From the human T2T-CHM13v2.0 reference genome, Homo sapiens, in assembly GCF_009914755.1 (NCBI RefSeq), contig NC_060931.1: a stretch of 64,000 nucleotides of DNA, one strand, 5' to 3'. The translations under genes were made by a program, and so were the position numbers. Positions within the stretch are counted from its first letter, which is position 1. Every line of letters starts with the position of its first letter. This document shows positions 27,370-41,744 of the stretch, piece after piece. The notes beneath the pieces are model-generated. The model worked only from the letters and a program-made list of their open reading frames with translations, had not been told where the DNA came from and ran no database searches.

Positions 27370-27651
27370 AGCTGGGTACCGTGGCACGTGCTGTGTAATC
27401 CCAGCACTTTGAGAGGCTGAGGCTGGAGGATGGCTTGAACCCAGGAGTTGGTTACCAATCTGGGTAACATAATCAGACCCTATCTCTACAAAAAGATTAA
27501 AAAATTAGCCAAGTGTGGCTTTCCAACTACTTGGGAAGCTGAAGTGGGAGGATCGCCTGAGCCTGGGAACTCAAGGCTGCAGTGAGCTATGATTGTACTA
27601 GCACTGTACTCCAGCCTGGGTGACTGATCGAGACCCTGTCTCAAAAAAAAA
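27370..27651 (+). mobile_element. AluJ with small internal deletion
   Basis: tgtaatcccagcactttgagaggctgagg...aggctgcagtgagctatgat...gagaccctgtctcA9; flanked by (A)n-gca on both sides. Confidence 0.92.
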
Positions 27652-28024
27652 GCATCGTTTTAGGGTTTCTATTTGAATAGACATTTCTGTGGCTTGAGTT
27701 TCGAGTTAGGAATGTTTTGGCATAGAAAAACCTGTTGGCCCAGAAACATCTGGCATCATTCACAATCAGGCCAAAGTAAAGGAAAACTAATTTTTTAGGT
27801 AGAATGTTGGCACCTGGAAGAATGGAGGCTGTAAGTTCTTTTGCTGGCAAAGTATAAAAAGAAATGTTTAGTGGACAGGTGTGTGAGTTAAACTCTAGAG
27901 TATAACTAAGCAGTGTGGCTGCCCATTTTTTACTTGATTTGCTTGTGCTTCTACCACCTTCTTAATGTGTCCCTGGAATGCCTACATGTAAAAGGATTCT
28001 GATGGAGAAGAAACTTCTAGACCT

Positions 28025-28200
28025 TAAGTGACTGTCCTGGTTCCAGCACTCATTTAGTTGCATAACCTTGGGCAAATCTCTCAAGAAATCTGTTCCGTCT
28101 TCTGTAGAATGGGGTAATAAACACTTACTCAGCCTGTTTCACAACATTGTTGGAAAGATTAAGAAAGCATATATGAAAGTATGTACTATAAGGTGATACT
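28025..28200 (+). mobile_element. MIR SINE
   Basis: taaccttgggcaaatc...tctgtagaatggggtaataa...ttgttggaaagattaa. Confidence 0.65.
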
Positions 28201-28247
28201 TAGGTATTATAAAAAAAGTGAACAGGGATCAGCACAAAATGTTTTGG

Positions 28248-28261
28248 CTGCTGCTGCTGCT

Positions 28262-28301
<40 letters not shown>

Positions 28302-28314
28302 TGTGTGTGTGTGT
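28248..28314. repeat. Compound microsatellite (CTG)5-(GT)19-CT-(GT)6
   Basis: Read directly; unit counts approximate. Confidence 0.95.
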
Positions 28315-28567
28315 TTTGTGTCTCTGTGCCTTTGTCTGTGTTTCTCTACCACCTTAGATTTGGCAGCCCTAGTATCTAAGTGTGAAAGTTTGGGATGGAT
28401 CTCAGGGTTTTTTTGGTAATGATGACTGACTGGTATGGCTATTGAATAAAATATTGAAGATGCTATTGGTCCTTTAGGACAATTAGTTTTGTCTCTCTCC
28501 TTTAAGGTCATTTGGATGAAGCAGCAGTTTGTGTAGAGGATACTAGTTTTTAAGATATTTTTGTCCT

Positions 28568-28597
28568 ATTTTATTTTATTTTATTTTATTTTATTTT
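28568..28597. repeat. (ATTTT)6 pentanucleotide repeat
   Basis: Read directly. Confidence 0.9.
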
Positions 28598-28827
28598 CAC
28601 TGTTATTCCACAAAAATCTTTGAGCTGGCTTACAAAAATGTGTACAATGCAACAGAATTAAAATAAGTAGAAAAGGAATTGGGGCACTGGGAAATGGGTA
28701 GGGAAAATACAATAAAGCCATGTTAAGGCTTCTGGGCAGAAACATGCAAGGCAGGGTCTGAGGCAGTAGGTTGAGGGGGGGTCCCATATTCAGCTTCCCA
28801 GAGAGTAGAACAAAGAGGGGAACGTAA

Positions 28828-29134
<307 letters not shown>

Positions 29135-30868
29135 GGAACTAACTTTTCTTGAGAAACTTTGTCAATGGAGAAGATGTGTCCATGAACTCTATCTTGGATA
29201 TACTTATCAATACACACAACGGTGATTTGTGAACAGTTGCTTTTATACCGTCAATGCAAATTAATAACACTGAGACAAAGCATGATTTCAGGAAAGAGTA
29301 ACTATAAGGGGTCAAGATCATGTGTCTCACCTAGATAGCTCAAAGGACTGGCTTGAGCCAAGGACAATTTTTAGAACATGTCGAGGAGAGGATAAGCTAC
29401 CTGTCCTCAGGCAGTCTACCACAAATACTCTTTATCTCAGCTGGGAGCTGACATCTCTCCCTGAAAGGTTTCCAGTGATATTGTGGCACAATTTGTTGGC
29501 CAGAATCCTAGAGACCCAGGGATGGAGATGCCAGTGCTGTCTTGAGAGTTCAGTGTCTTCCCTGTTGGCATCTTCTCTTTCTTGGTTCTGGCATATCTGG
29601 TTCAAGGATTAGACACATGAATTGATTTAGTTCTTTGCTGGAGAGGGCAGCAAAATGCCAGTTGTGATTTTTGGGCTTGGCTATGTTGGGAACCACTGGG
29701 AATTTGTGGACTGCCAATAACTCATTTTGTACTAGCTTTTGGGTGACCATTCAGTGGCTGTTATTTCAATTCATAGTTCAGAGTGACTGTATTTAGACCC
29801 ATCATGTTTCTAGAGTTTTTTCCTAGATTCAAATCATGGTAAATGCTTTCATTAGATAATTTAGCTTATGCCCTTTTTCCTACTTTTATGTTTCCCTGTT
29901 GTTACTAGCCCTAGATACTTAAAAAAATTTTTTTTGGAAAGGACTGTGTGTTTTTAGATATGGGGATTGTATTCTGTGCTTTAGTGGGGCACAGAAGGAG
30001 ACTGTCTGGTTAAGGCAAGAGATTGTGGTGCTAAAAAAGGAAATTTGGCAGGCCTGTTCCTGGTACTTTTAGTAAGTAAAGAAAGAGAATGACAGGCTGG
30101 CTGGGGATTGTATTAAAGGGAGCCCTGATCCTCATATGACCTTATTCCCTGAACCTAGAAAGATGGTCTGCCTATGTGGCAGTTATTCTATGGCGCTAAA
30201 GACAGTTTTGTTCTGCTTTCTGCCATGTATATTTAGGGGCCTAACGGAGAGATAGAAACCTGTTAAGGAATAATCATGGATGTTCAGGCCTATTGCTTCC
30301 TTCACTTATCCAGAAGCCAGCCTCACCAATGTCCATGGGCAAGTTTGTGTTCACACAAGTTGCTTGTAACAAGAGGGAAGATTCTCATTAAGAAGTTGGC
30401 CCTAAAATCAGGATAGAATCAGGCTATATTTGTGTTTCTGTCAATAGTCTGAATTCCTTATTGGTAGAAAGGTCTTATAATTATGGGGTAACTTTGCCAA
30501 CTAATAGTACTGGGGTTTGATGTGGGTTACTTACATCAGAAGTCACATCAACTTTTTGACATTAGTTTCTATTCCACCATGTGCTCCAGGGAAAAGGAGA
30601 TTGATGTGGACTATTAAGCCAAAAATGAGAATCTGTTATTGAAACCCAGAAGTCTGAAATAAGGGTTTAGTGATTGTTTTGTTTAGACACAAACTTTTCT
30701 TCATAGATGCTTTAACTTCCTAAGTGAGTTTATATATTTTTCTAAATATGTAATCTTTTAAAAATATTGCAAATATTTAATTTATGTATTTGCCATTTAA
30801 CAGGTAAAACAGCACCAGGAAGTCTTGCTCCTGTTTTGCAAAGGCACATTTAGAGAGTGACAGAGGTT

Positions 30869-30914
30869 TCCCACTGTGTCTGGGACAAGCCTCCCAGTGT
30901 GTCTGGGACAAGCC
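30869..30914. repeat. 23-bp tandem duplication, 1 mismatch
   Basis: tcccactgtgtctgggacaagcc followed by tcccagtgtgtctgggacaagcc. Confidence 0.9.
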
Positions 30915-31107
30915 TGAAAAGAGTGCCATTTTGTCTCCCTGACCATTTCACTGATTCTGTACTTGTTGTTTATGAAACTTCATTATGTAACAGACAAAAA
31001 AGCAATTTCATGAGCAATTCCTGGAATAGGCAAGTGGACAAAAATTTCTCAGGTACCTTCTCTGGAGGCTGTTTGTCTTCCATTCTGGCTGCCTCTCTTG
31101 AGAACTG

Positions 31108-31330
31108 GAGTGGCATAGTGGTTAAGACCAGGGGCTCTGGAGACTGCCTGGATCTGGGTGCTGGTCTGACTCTTGAGCTGTGGGACCTTAACTTCTCTGT
31201 GCTTACTGTCCTTACCTGTGAGATGGAGATGATTGGAGTCTCCACCATGTCAATGTATCAACACTTCTAAATTATTTAGAGCAGTGCCTGAGACATTGTA
31301 AACACTTAATATATGTTGGTTGTTATTGTA
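31108..31330 (+). mobile_element. MIR SINE
   Basis: gcatagtggttaagaccaggggctctggagactgcctgg...ttagagcagtgcctgagacattgtaaacacttaata. Confidence 0.8.
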
Positions 31331-32281
31331 ATTTTAATAATAATAGCTATTAAATTATTATTCTATGGCTGTCATGCCTGAGAGTTCATCACAGGGGCAT
31401 GGGTGGGTGGGTAGGGAATAAGGGCTGAGAATCTAATCAGTTATTTTTAATTTATTGGGCAAAAATGAATCAAATAACCGTGGCAGGCATAATGAAATTG
31501 AGGTATTCAGTGTGTGGTGAGGATGAACTGTTTTATCACAGTTCCTCTGGTGTGGCCTGTGTGCTTTGATTGCAGGTCAGATGGCTAGGGAAAAGAGTAG
31601 TCAAGCTGAATGCTCTGTGGTGAGGCTGTGAGAGGGACAAGAAACGTGGGTCAGGACAGAAGGCGTACTGCAGGAACAGATTCCGAAGTGTGTGCACAGC
31701 ATCCTATAATTTGGGCTCCTGTGTATTTTCTTTAGTTGGTTGCATTTGTTAATATGTTAGTCTGGTGTCTTTAACCCTGTGACTGACAGTTGACAATGGT
31801 GTAGCTCTTTAAAAGAGGTGAAACTGGTCTGACCACAGTTTACCCTTGATAGTGCTTTCACTTTGGCAACAAGACAGAGGGAGAAAGTCCCTGCTTCTCT
31901 GCTCTGGGAATCTTACCAAATCAATAAGGAGTCTCTGGTAGCACTAACCTCTTTTAAATAGCCTAAGTGTGAGATCCTGACCTTTTTTTCTGTATGTGGC
32001 CTACTTCCTTGATGAGAAGCTGGCTTTTATATTAGAACTTTTTTAGACGTACATGAAACTTGAATCTTGCTATTTGTTTCCATTGTTGCTTTTAAAAAAT
32101 AATTTTACAAATTTATTCTAATAATATACTAACGTATTTTGTCTCCAGGACTAGTGAAACTTTTTAAGATTTTTAACAGATTCATCTAGACACCTAAATC
32201 TCTCTAGGACTTGATCCTTCTCCACCCAGCAGAATACTGTACTGTGCTGTGATCATTTCTCAGGGTGGTTTTGGCTGAGGG

Positions 32282-32583
32282 TTTTTTTTTTTTTTTTTTT
32301 TTTGAGATGGAGTCTTGCTCTGTATCCCAGGCTGGAGTGCAGTGGTGTGGTCTCATCTCTGCAACCTCTGCCTCCCGGGTTCAAGACATTCACCTGCCTT
32401 AGCCTCCCAAGAAACTGGGATTACAGGTGTGCGCCACCACACCTGGCTAATTTTTGTATTTTTAGTGGAGACGGGGTTTCTCTATGCTGGCCAGGTTGGT
32501 CTCGAACTCCTGACCTCAGGTGGTCCTCCTGTCTTGGCCTCCCACAGTGCTGGGATTACAGGTGTGAGCCACTGTGTCCGGCC
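32282..32583 (-). mobile_element. AluSx/Sz
   Basis: Reverse Alu dimer; TSD ttggctgagg at 32271-32280 and 32584-32593. Confidence 0.95.
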
Positions 32584-35500
32584 TTGGCTGAGGTTTGACT
32601 CTTTGCACCCACAGTCCCATGATGTGTGTACTTGTATGTATATATATTCACATCTGAGGACTGACATCATTTCGCAGACCGGGAAACTAAGTGTGAGGAG
32701 TACATTTTAAAATAATTTTTACATTATATATTGGCAGATCATCCATGTGCTTGTAGAAGGTATTATATTGGTAAGCTGCAGGTAGACAGGAAGACTGAAA
32801 GAGAAGGTAGAACCTGCTTGGATCCCAGTCTGTGCATACCTAAGGAGTTGAGTTGGCAATTCCTGAACCAAAGGTTCTGGTGTTCAGAAATATCTCCAGT
32901 TATTCAGAAGGATGGCATGACATTCTAAAAATAAGAAATTATTTGTAGTCACATCAGTGTGTAATATACCTTACAGAATATTAGAAGGGAGATGAAGCAT
33001 TTGGGGATTCAAAGGAACTAGTTGTAGACCCTTAGGTATGGCCCTGAGACTACCTAGGGTGGCTTTTGTAGCAATCTAAACCTGTATCCTGGGATGTTAG
33101 CATCTCTGAACAAACCTTTTCTCTCCCCTCCATTGAGATCACTTTCTTTAAAGTCTTTATGCATTTAGAGAGTTGCTGAGGCAAGGCCATGTCCTGGTTT
33201 GCTCTTTTTAAAATGCAGATGTTTCTAGAAATGACTATAAACTGAGTCCTGAGCCACCTCTTGTAACTTTTCAGGTCTTGGTCTGGGGGAAGATAAAGAA
33301 ATGGAGGTCTTATGCTTCACAATTTGGTTTAAGTCAACTATGGCAAGGTATCTTGACTTAAATAAGTGTGACTTAAGTAAGTCTGACAATTTAAATATTA
33401 GAATGGTAAGACATTTTTGTGCCTCTATAGCCATATGTCCATCTTGGGGAGGAAAAACTGAAAATAAACGATGATTACTTTTCAGTATTCTGTGGAAATC
33501 TTACTTCTCTTTTTAGTTAATTTTTCAGTGGATAGGCTCCCTACCTGCCAGCCCTAAATTCTTATTTATTCCTGAAACTCTGGTTTTTTTCTTTTTTCTT
33601 TTTTTTTTTTAAAGTATTCTGAAACTGTTTTCTGACCATGCTTCATATATTGAAGTAGATTTTTTTCACAGAAGGGTAAAGGAAGTGCATTATGTTTCAT
33701 ATGTAGATGCTTTTCAAGAACACACAGCTTCTCATCATTCATTTTAACAGTGGACAATTTTGGTGCCTGTTTATGGAGATTCCTTGGGAATTATCAGCTG
33801 ATAGAAAATTTCTGAAGAGAGATAGAAAATCTAATCTATTTGGATGTCTTGTTAAATGGAGCTTTTTGAGTATAAGGGTTTCTGAAGAAATATAGGCTGT
33901 CAGAGCTGATAGAGTTTAGAGAGTCTCTGTGTACCATTCTTTATAAATAAAGACAGCCAAAAGCCCAGAGAAGTGAGGTGCTTGATGTTAAGATTTAGTT
34001 AGTGGCCCCCTACTGGTCTCTGAGCTGCCCATCACTCTACCTTGACTAATAGTGATAACTGATGTTTCTGGCAACAAATCCAAGGTACAAGTTTTCCAGG
34101 GTCTTCAAAGGAAAGCTACATTATATTAAAGTTCATGCTGAATATCTTTTATTGTGTTCTGATAGTTTGAAAATTGGTTATTTTTGTACTGTTGTAAAAC
34201 TATAGTGCTTAACTGGAAACCCCAGCATTAACCCAGCCTTTGCCAGCGTTTCCCTTCTATAGGATGAGAAAGTTGTTGAAGAGTGAGGAAAAAAGATGGT
34301 ATCTTGTCCTTAACAAAAGGTCTACGTGGATGAAAGGAGAAACTGACACTTATTGTTAGGGAAATGGTAATGCTTACATGATGATCTAATCTGGGTTTGA
34401 GTTTCGTTTTTGAAGTCACCAGTTTTTATTTTGGTGTTTTTCAGATATTCTTATAGCCTTCCTGGGGAGATTTATTTTTTGGAGACATCGCTCACATTGT
34501 TTACTCCTCTAGGTTAAATGTACTAGGCCATCTGTTGTTAATTTTGTAGTTGTATTAAATTCCATCCTTTGGCTGGATTTTAAGCACCAAAAGCAAACTT
34601 AGACAGAAGCAGGAGCATTTGCAAATTACATAGCTTTGAGCCTAAATGGTGGTTTTTATAAGTGCAGTTTTCAAATGGGCTGAGATTCTATTTTGAGTTT
34701 TGGGATCAGTAATTTAAACACAGGGACCTCTACGAGTTCTCTGGAAAAGCCCATTTTGAGACCCTGAACAGTTGTTATGCCAAAGCAAGCTCTTGGGGTA
34801 AGGTTGGCAGTGATGCTGCTGATAAATTACTTTTAAGATGCTTGGGGCTGAAGGACAATGATTTTGTAATAGTGTTTTAAGTTCTCAGGCTGACCTATGA
34901 AATCTGGAAGTGCTCATCTGAAAGGCCAGTATTCTTTCTGACAGGCACAGGAAAAACTCGTCCCCTGCTTGATCCTCATGCAAGCATTTCTTGGAGGAAG
35001 CCAGGCCTGTGGGTCTTGGGGGCCAGAACAGAGACACTGAGAGCAACACTACTGGCATTTTGAATTTCTGCTGAGGCTGCAAAAACATTTCAAGGGAAAT
35101 CTGAAGTTATCCCTTCACTGTCTACAGCCTCTTGAATTGACTTCTGGGTGTTACAGATGGGACCAGCGTGTGTAAAAGCAGAATTTATATTCTATTTGGA
35201 TATCAGAATCAAGTTTCTCTTTTTAAAATAATTTTATGGTAAGTCGTGGTTTCTCTGATATGATTTCTGTTGTGAGCGGAACAAAAATCATGGCGAAATG
35301 GTGTTATTACTTAACCAAATTGCCTCGTGTACAGACAGGCTGAACTGGTGCTTTGCCTAGAGTTGGCCTGGAGTTTTCAGAAACTCAATTGTGGCCTTTA
35401 TAAGGCTGTGCCTGGGGTTGTATTTCCAATCTCTCTCAACTTTTGTTCTTGTGGAAGGGAGGAAGTAGAGCTGTGACAGATATATTGCCAGATAGCACAC

Positions 35501-36054
35501 AATAGCACACAAAACGAGAAAGACACGGCGTGAGCCATTCATGGAGACAGATTTACGCTCTGTGCTGCCCTCAAACCATAGATCCATCTATTTCAGAGAA
35601 ACAACTTGCCCACTGTATTATATTTCAGACAGGGACATGGCTTAGAAGAGAGATGCTGACTCCTTCTGTTTAGCTTTTGCCGATAATGCTGCACGTTTTG
35701 CTGTAGAATTACTTTTGTGGGGATGGGAAAGTATGTTTGGCAAAGGAAGGCCTGTCTCTAGATTGGAAGTGGAAGAAGGGAGATATCAGGAGAGTAATTG
35801 GCCATGCTGTCGCCATAGTGAAGTATATGTGTATATTTTTGCTGGGTTTTGTTTCCAGCCAACTATATTATCAGGTGTTGGATTTTTTAAACTTACTTCA
35901 CAATAAGAAAAACAAAGCTAGAGAGATTGTGACTGGCCAAGGCCAGAATGTTTGGCATTCGTAGTTTCTCTTTAGTTCTCTCTGTAGGACCATTTCCTGG
36001 AGTTACAGAAGAATTGACCAGTGTGTCAGTGTCTTTCATGTACATTAATGGGCG

Positions 36055-36262
36055 ATAGTATTGGTAGTGGTTAATATAATAGCATGGGTTCTGGAACCAG
36101 TCTGCCAGGATTTACATTCAGGCTCAACAATGCCTTAGCTACATGCCTCAGTTATCTTACCTATAAAATGGGGATTCCAGGTCTTACCTTATAAGGCAGC
36201 TCTGAGAATTGTTTAGTTAATATTGAGGCAGTTATAACTAAGTGTTCAGTAAACTTAGCTAT
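36055..36262 (+). mobile_element. MIR SINE
   Basis: tagtggttaa...tctggaaccagtctgccagg...gcctcagttatcttacctataaaatgggg. Confidence 0.7.
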
Positions 36263-37209
36263 TGCATTTTAAAATTTGTGTTGATTTTATGGAAATAAAT
36301 GATGATGTGTGATACCTGGTAGATTGTTCGGCAGACATTTCAAATGTAAAAAAATAACTCTGTCTGCATTGAAATCTTTCTAGATTGATAGTTTTAAATA
36401 ATGAAAAAAATACTTCTGGGAATGATCTACATTTGGAAGAAATCAGGAAAGAGAAGACTGTGTGTACTTTTGCATTTCTATGTTTTGGGCTTGTAAGATA
36501 TGTGATTGTATATTTCATGTCAGTAATAATTTATTTTGGGGAGTAGAAGCAAATGTCAGTTACATACATCATCTATGGAATAGATTTTTAGTTTTATTTA
36601 TTTTAACTGGATGAAATGGTTGAGTGTTGCCTTACTTGGTTGAATTTAGACATTTGAGAAAATTTTTTTTTAACTTTTGTGACACACAAGGACCTTTGAA
36701 TGAAATCAGTCCCCTTTTCTTCCTTTAAAAAAACTTATAAGAATTACCATTTCTTGACTAAACAGTTGTTTTCTTTTAACATTATATACTTGTCTCTACA
36801 TAGATACTACATTTTTTAGTTAGATGTGTTTTGGAAGAGCATTGACTTTTTTTCCTGTTACATTGGAAAAATTTAATGGCACGTGTATGTTATTCTTATC
36901 ATGAAGTGGGTTTAGGCATGCTGCCTTATACTAAATAGAAATCCTATAGTAGTTGTTTTTCAGAAGTAATCCATTGATTCAAGTCATTCATTGATTCATT
37001 TATGAATACTTAAGTATGGTTACATAGGTAGGGATTGTCAGAATTGGCTTTTGAGCATTTTGTTTAGCAGTTATAATCCAGGTGGCAAATATACTGTCTG
37101 ATTCAATTACTTGCATGAAATCACTTTAAACAGCTACTTAAGATGAGTTGTCCCTAGGCCTGTCTTTATCTACTTATTGTGCATGTGTGCTAGCATACAC
37201 GCATTATCA

Positions 37210-38160
<951 letters not shown>

Positions 38161-38689
38161 GTTCCCCAGTCTTTTAAACAGCCCCTTCCAGACTGACAGA
38201 GTGGCTACATACAGAACAGGGCAGCTTTGAAGATTAGGGTGGCCTGTTCCAAGCTTCTTCAGACTCCTCGGGACTGGCTAATTATTTTTGTTAAGGTCAT
38301 ACTGCTGGACCAGGGCCTATAGGTTGGCACTGACTTACGCATAGAATGTTGGCCTGGGTGTTGATAGACTTAGGCTGCAATTGCTATGAGTGATCTTAGG
38401 CAAGTTACCTCCACTCTGTTCCCTGCCATTGTCATCTGTAGATGAGGTGGTTATGCTTCTCTCTATTTCTTAATTTGTTCCAAAATCTTATTGTTTGTTG
38501 TAGAATCCAGGCATCTAAAAAATATACTGTGTGTAGCTTCGTGTAATTATTTGATAGACTGGATTTCTTTTTGCACCAGATAGTTCGGTTTTTTTGTTAA
38601 ATGTCTCCTTTTTCTTTTCTTACTCTTTAACTGCCCCAAATACTAAGTGACGAGGATGGAGACCTTGGCAATTGAGTGCTATCAGTGAG

Positions 38690-38885
38690 TCTGAATGCCT
38701 GGGTTCAAATCCTCCATTTACTAGATGTGTGACCTTGGAGAATGTAACAAACTGTTGTTTCACAGTTTCTCCATCTGTGAAATGGAAATAATAATACGTT
38801 TGTGAGACTTAGGTGAGTTAATGCCTGTAAAGTGCTTTGCATGTGTCTAGCCCATAGTAAGCACTCATTAAACTCTTAATTATCA
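38690..38885 (+). mobile_element. MIR SINE
   Basis: tgcctgggttcaaatcc...tgtgtgaccttgg...cagtttctccatctgtgaaatgg...tgtaaagtgctt...catagtaagcactc. Confidence 0.82.
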
Positions 38886-39558
38886 TATAATATGCTAATT
38901 ATGATGGTGGTAAATGAGTGAGGTCATCTTCCATTTTGGTCATACTCCACATTTGGGTAGCTTTAGACTTTCTGAAGATACTATTTCCTGTAATGTTTCT
39001 TTGTAGGTGGGGAGGATATACCTATTACACAGTTAGAAAAACTGAACAGTAGAGATTATGCTTTATATGGCTGGGATTAAAACTTCAGTGTCGTGTTTAG
39101 AGCCTAGTACTTCCTGGCCTGGCATGTTGTCCTACACTTAATGACTGTGGGGCCTGAGTGGGTTCTAATGTTAGAATCTGGTAAGAACTCTTCCTGACCT
39201 CTTTGCCCATTTATAAACAGCCTTCCAGGGTGACCTGAGTAAGATCATTTTCTAGCTGTGTAATCCTGGTGGTATGAAAACACTGGATGTCTATAGTTTT
39301 TTAGAACTGTGACTTAGTACTAATACTAGCCTCTTCAATACTCATACTCTTAAGGCTTAATATTTGTCTCTTTATTGATTTACATATTTGAAACCTAGAC
39401 AGTCTTTTCAAAGGTGAGTAGATATTTTATATGTCTGCCTTCTGGTCGGTAGCAGCAGTTGTGCAGTTACTCAGCTGTTGGCAGTTCTGTTACTTAATAC
39501 AGAGGCAGAGAGCGAAAGACTTATTCAGAAACAAAACCTCTGCTTGAAAAGTTCTCAA

Positions 39559-40390
39559 GGCCAGCCATGGTGGTTCGGCCTGCAGTCCCAAGCTGGTGTG
39601 GCCTGCAGTCCCAGCACTTTGGGAGGCTGAGGTGGGAGGATCACTTGATCCCAAGAGTTTGAGGCTGTAGTGAGCCATTGATATGGCTCCGTTGTCTGGA
39701 GAAACACCCAGGGTCTCTGGTCTCGTGCTGAGAAAATCAGCAACATAGATACACATGGAGTGGTTTAAGGAGCGGAAAGTTTAATAGGCAAGAAAGAAGA
39801 AAACAGCTCCACCGTACAGAGGGAAGAGGGCTCAGAACGGAAAACCCCCATTGCTGGGGGGAATGCCGTAGGTTATATTGGGAGGCTGGATGAGGCGGTA
39901 TCTGATTTGTATAGGGCCCAGGGGATTGGTTTGACCAGGCTTGTCATTCACATAGCCCATGAAAAACTGGCCCTCCTATCCTAGTCTTTTAATATGCAAA
40001 CGCAGCTACCTGGCTGGTTGCCATGATGTCCTGCCCACATAGTCTCTACCTGGCTGGTCGCCATGATGTCCTGCACACGTGGCAACAAAAAGTGGCAGGA
40101 ACCGCCATACTGGGTGGACCTGGCTTTTAGTTGCCTGCATTTGCATATCAATGCTTGCAGGTCTGGTTTTTCAGTCTGCTTTCTGTTAGAAAAGAAATGT
40201 TTTGGGGGCTGCTTTTTCAGTAAAAGAAAAAGCCTCACCGAGGACTCTTTTACCCTCTCTATCTGCTTAAAATAATTCTTAATAACTCCTGTAATACCAT
40301 GATTGTGCCACTGCACTCCAGCCTGTGTGACAGAGCAAAAACTATGACCCTGTGTCTAAAAAACCCCCAAAAACCCAAAACCAAAAAACG
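39559..40390 (+). mobile_element. Old Alu monomer (left-arm start joined to right-arm end) split by an ERV LTR
   Basis: 39559-39678 ends gaggctgtagtgagccat; resumes at 40297 ccatgattgtgccactgcactccagcctg. Confidence 0.88.
39679..40296 (-). mobile_element. ERV1-class solo LTR (LTR9/MER61-like)
   Basis: Starts TGATA, 4-bp TSD CCAT; on the - strand CCAAT (~39925-39929), TATA-like AATATAA (~39873-39879) and ATTAAA (~39780-39785) occur in LTR order; 40-bp-period internal duplication at 40006-40078. Confidence 0.85.
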
Positions 40391-40391
40391 A

Positions 40392-40713
<322 letters not shown>

Positions 40714-41744
40714 TGTTCTCAAGTCATGTTCAAGAGATAATGGCGGACATAATGGAACCTCCCTAAATCTGATTTTCTCCAGCTATAAAATGAAGGGCCC
40801 AGATCAGGGGATGCTTAAGGGCTTTGCAAGTTCTAAGACTCAGCCATCTTGAGATTGGAAACAGCCCTGTAGGTTCTTAGGGCATGATGAAGACCTTTGA
40901 GGAGAAGTATTTTAACAGCTTTGTGTCTTGGGGAGGAAGAGTCATGGGGAGGTGATTAGGTGGGCATTAAAGGAGCAACTGGAGAAAGGAGAGACTAGGA
41001 GGCTGTTTTGATAATCCACATGTGAGGTAGACTGCCCCTTCCTGAGTGCCTGAGGGGCACTTGCACCTTGGGACAGGGTCAAGGTTTTCTCTGAGATAGC
41101 AGCTCCCACAGGCCTAGGAGCCTTCTTTCATGAGCTTGCTGCCCTGGTTCATGAGGGAGGGATTGATGGATCTCTGCCCCGTTCTGTTTTTTTGCTAGCA
41201 CTGTCTTCACACCCTGTTGCCGTTTATGTTTTTTGATGAATGATTAATTAGAAAAATAATCATTTGTAAATTGTGAGTGAACCAGACATTTGGCCCTGAC
41301 TGTAGGGAAATGGCGCCTCTGAGCCGGGTGTAGCTTGCAGCCAGTACATCAGAGCTCCAGTATTCCCAGACCAGTGATGAATTTACATGAAGTTCCTTTT
41401 CAGCATGTTAATGACTGTTACAGCTGAGTAACTAGCGAAAAATAATAGCAAATGGGAAGAGTAAATATTTAATGCTTTTATATCTTTTAGCTTACTGTGG
41501 AATATGTATTTTGATTTAGGAAGGACATGAGAGTCTTAGAGACATTAGAGACAATGTTAGTGTGTCTGAGCCTCATTCCTTGTTTCCTTTTCTTTCTTTG
41601 CACTTAATTAAATTAAAAGGATAAAGTGAGTTGTTGTGAGATGGATTTTACTAGGGGAGTGGTTTTTCTGTAAGTTTTAGGTCACAAGATGCGTCTTTCC
41701 TGGCAGTTAAAATCTGTATGTTCAGACTACCTCATTGATTACGT

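Noticed and set aside
30857-31270. 137-aa ORF
   Set aside because: GTG start, includes the tandem duplication and runs into a MIR; no homology recognised
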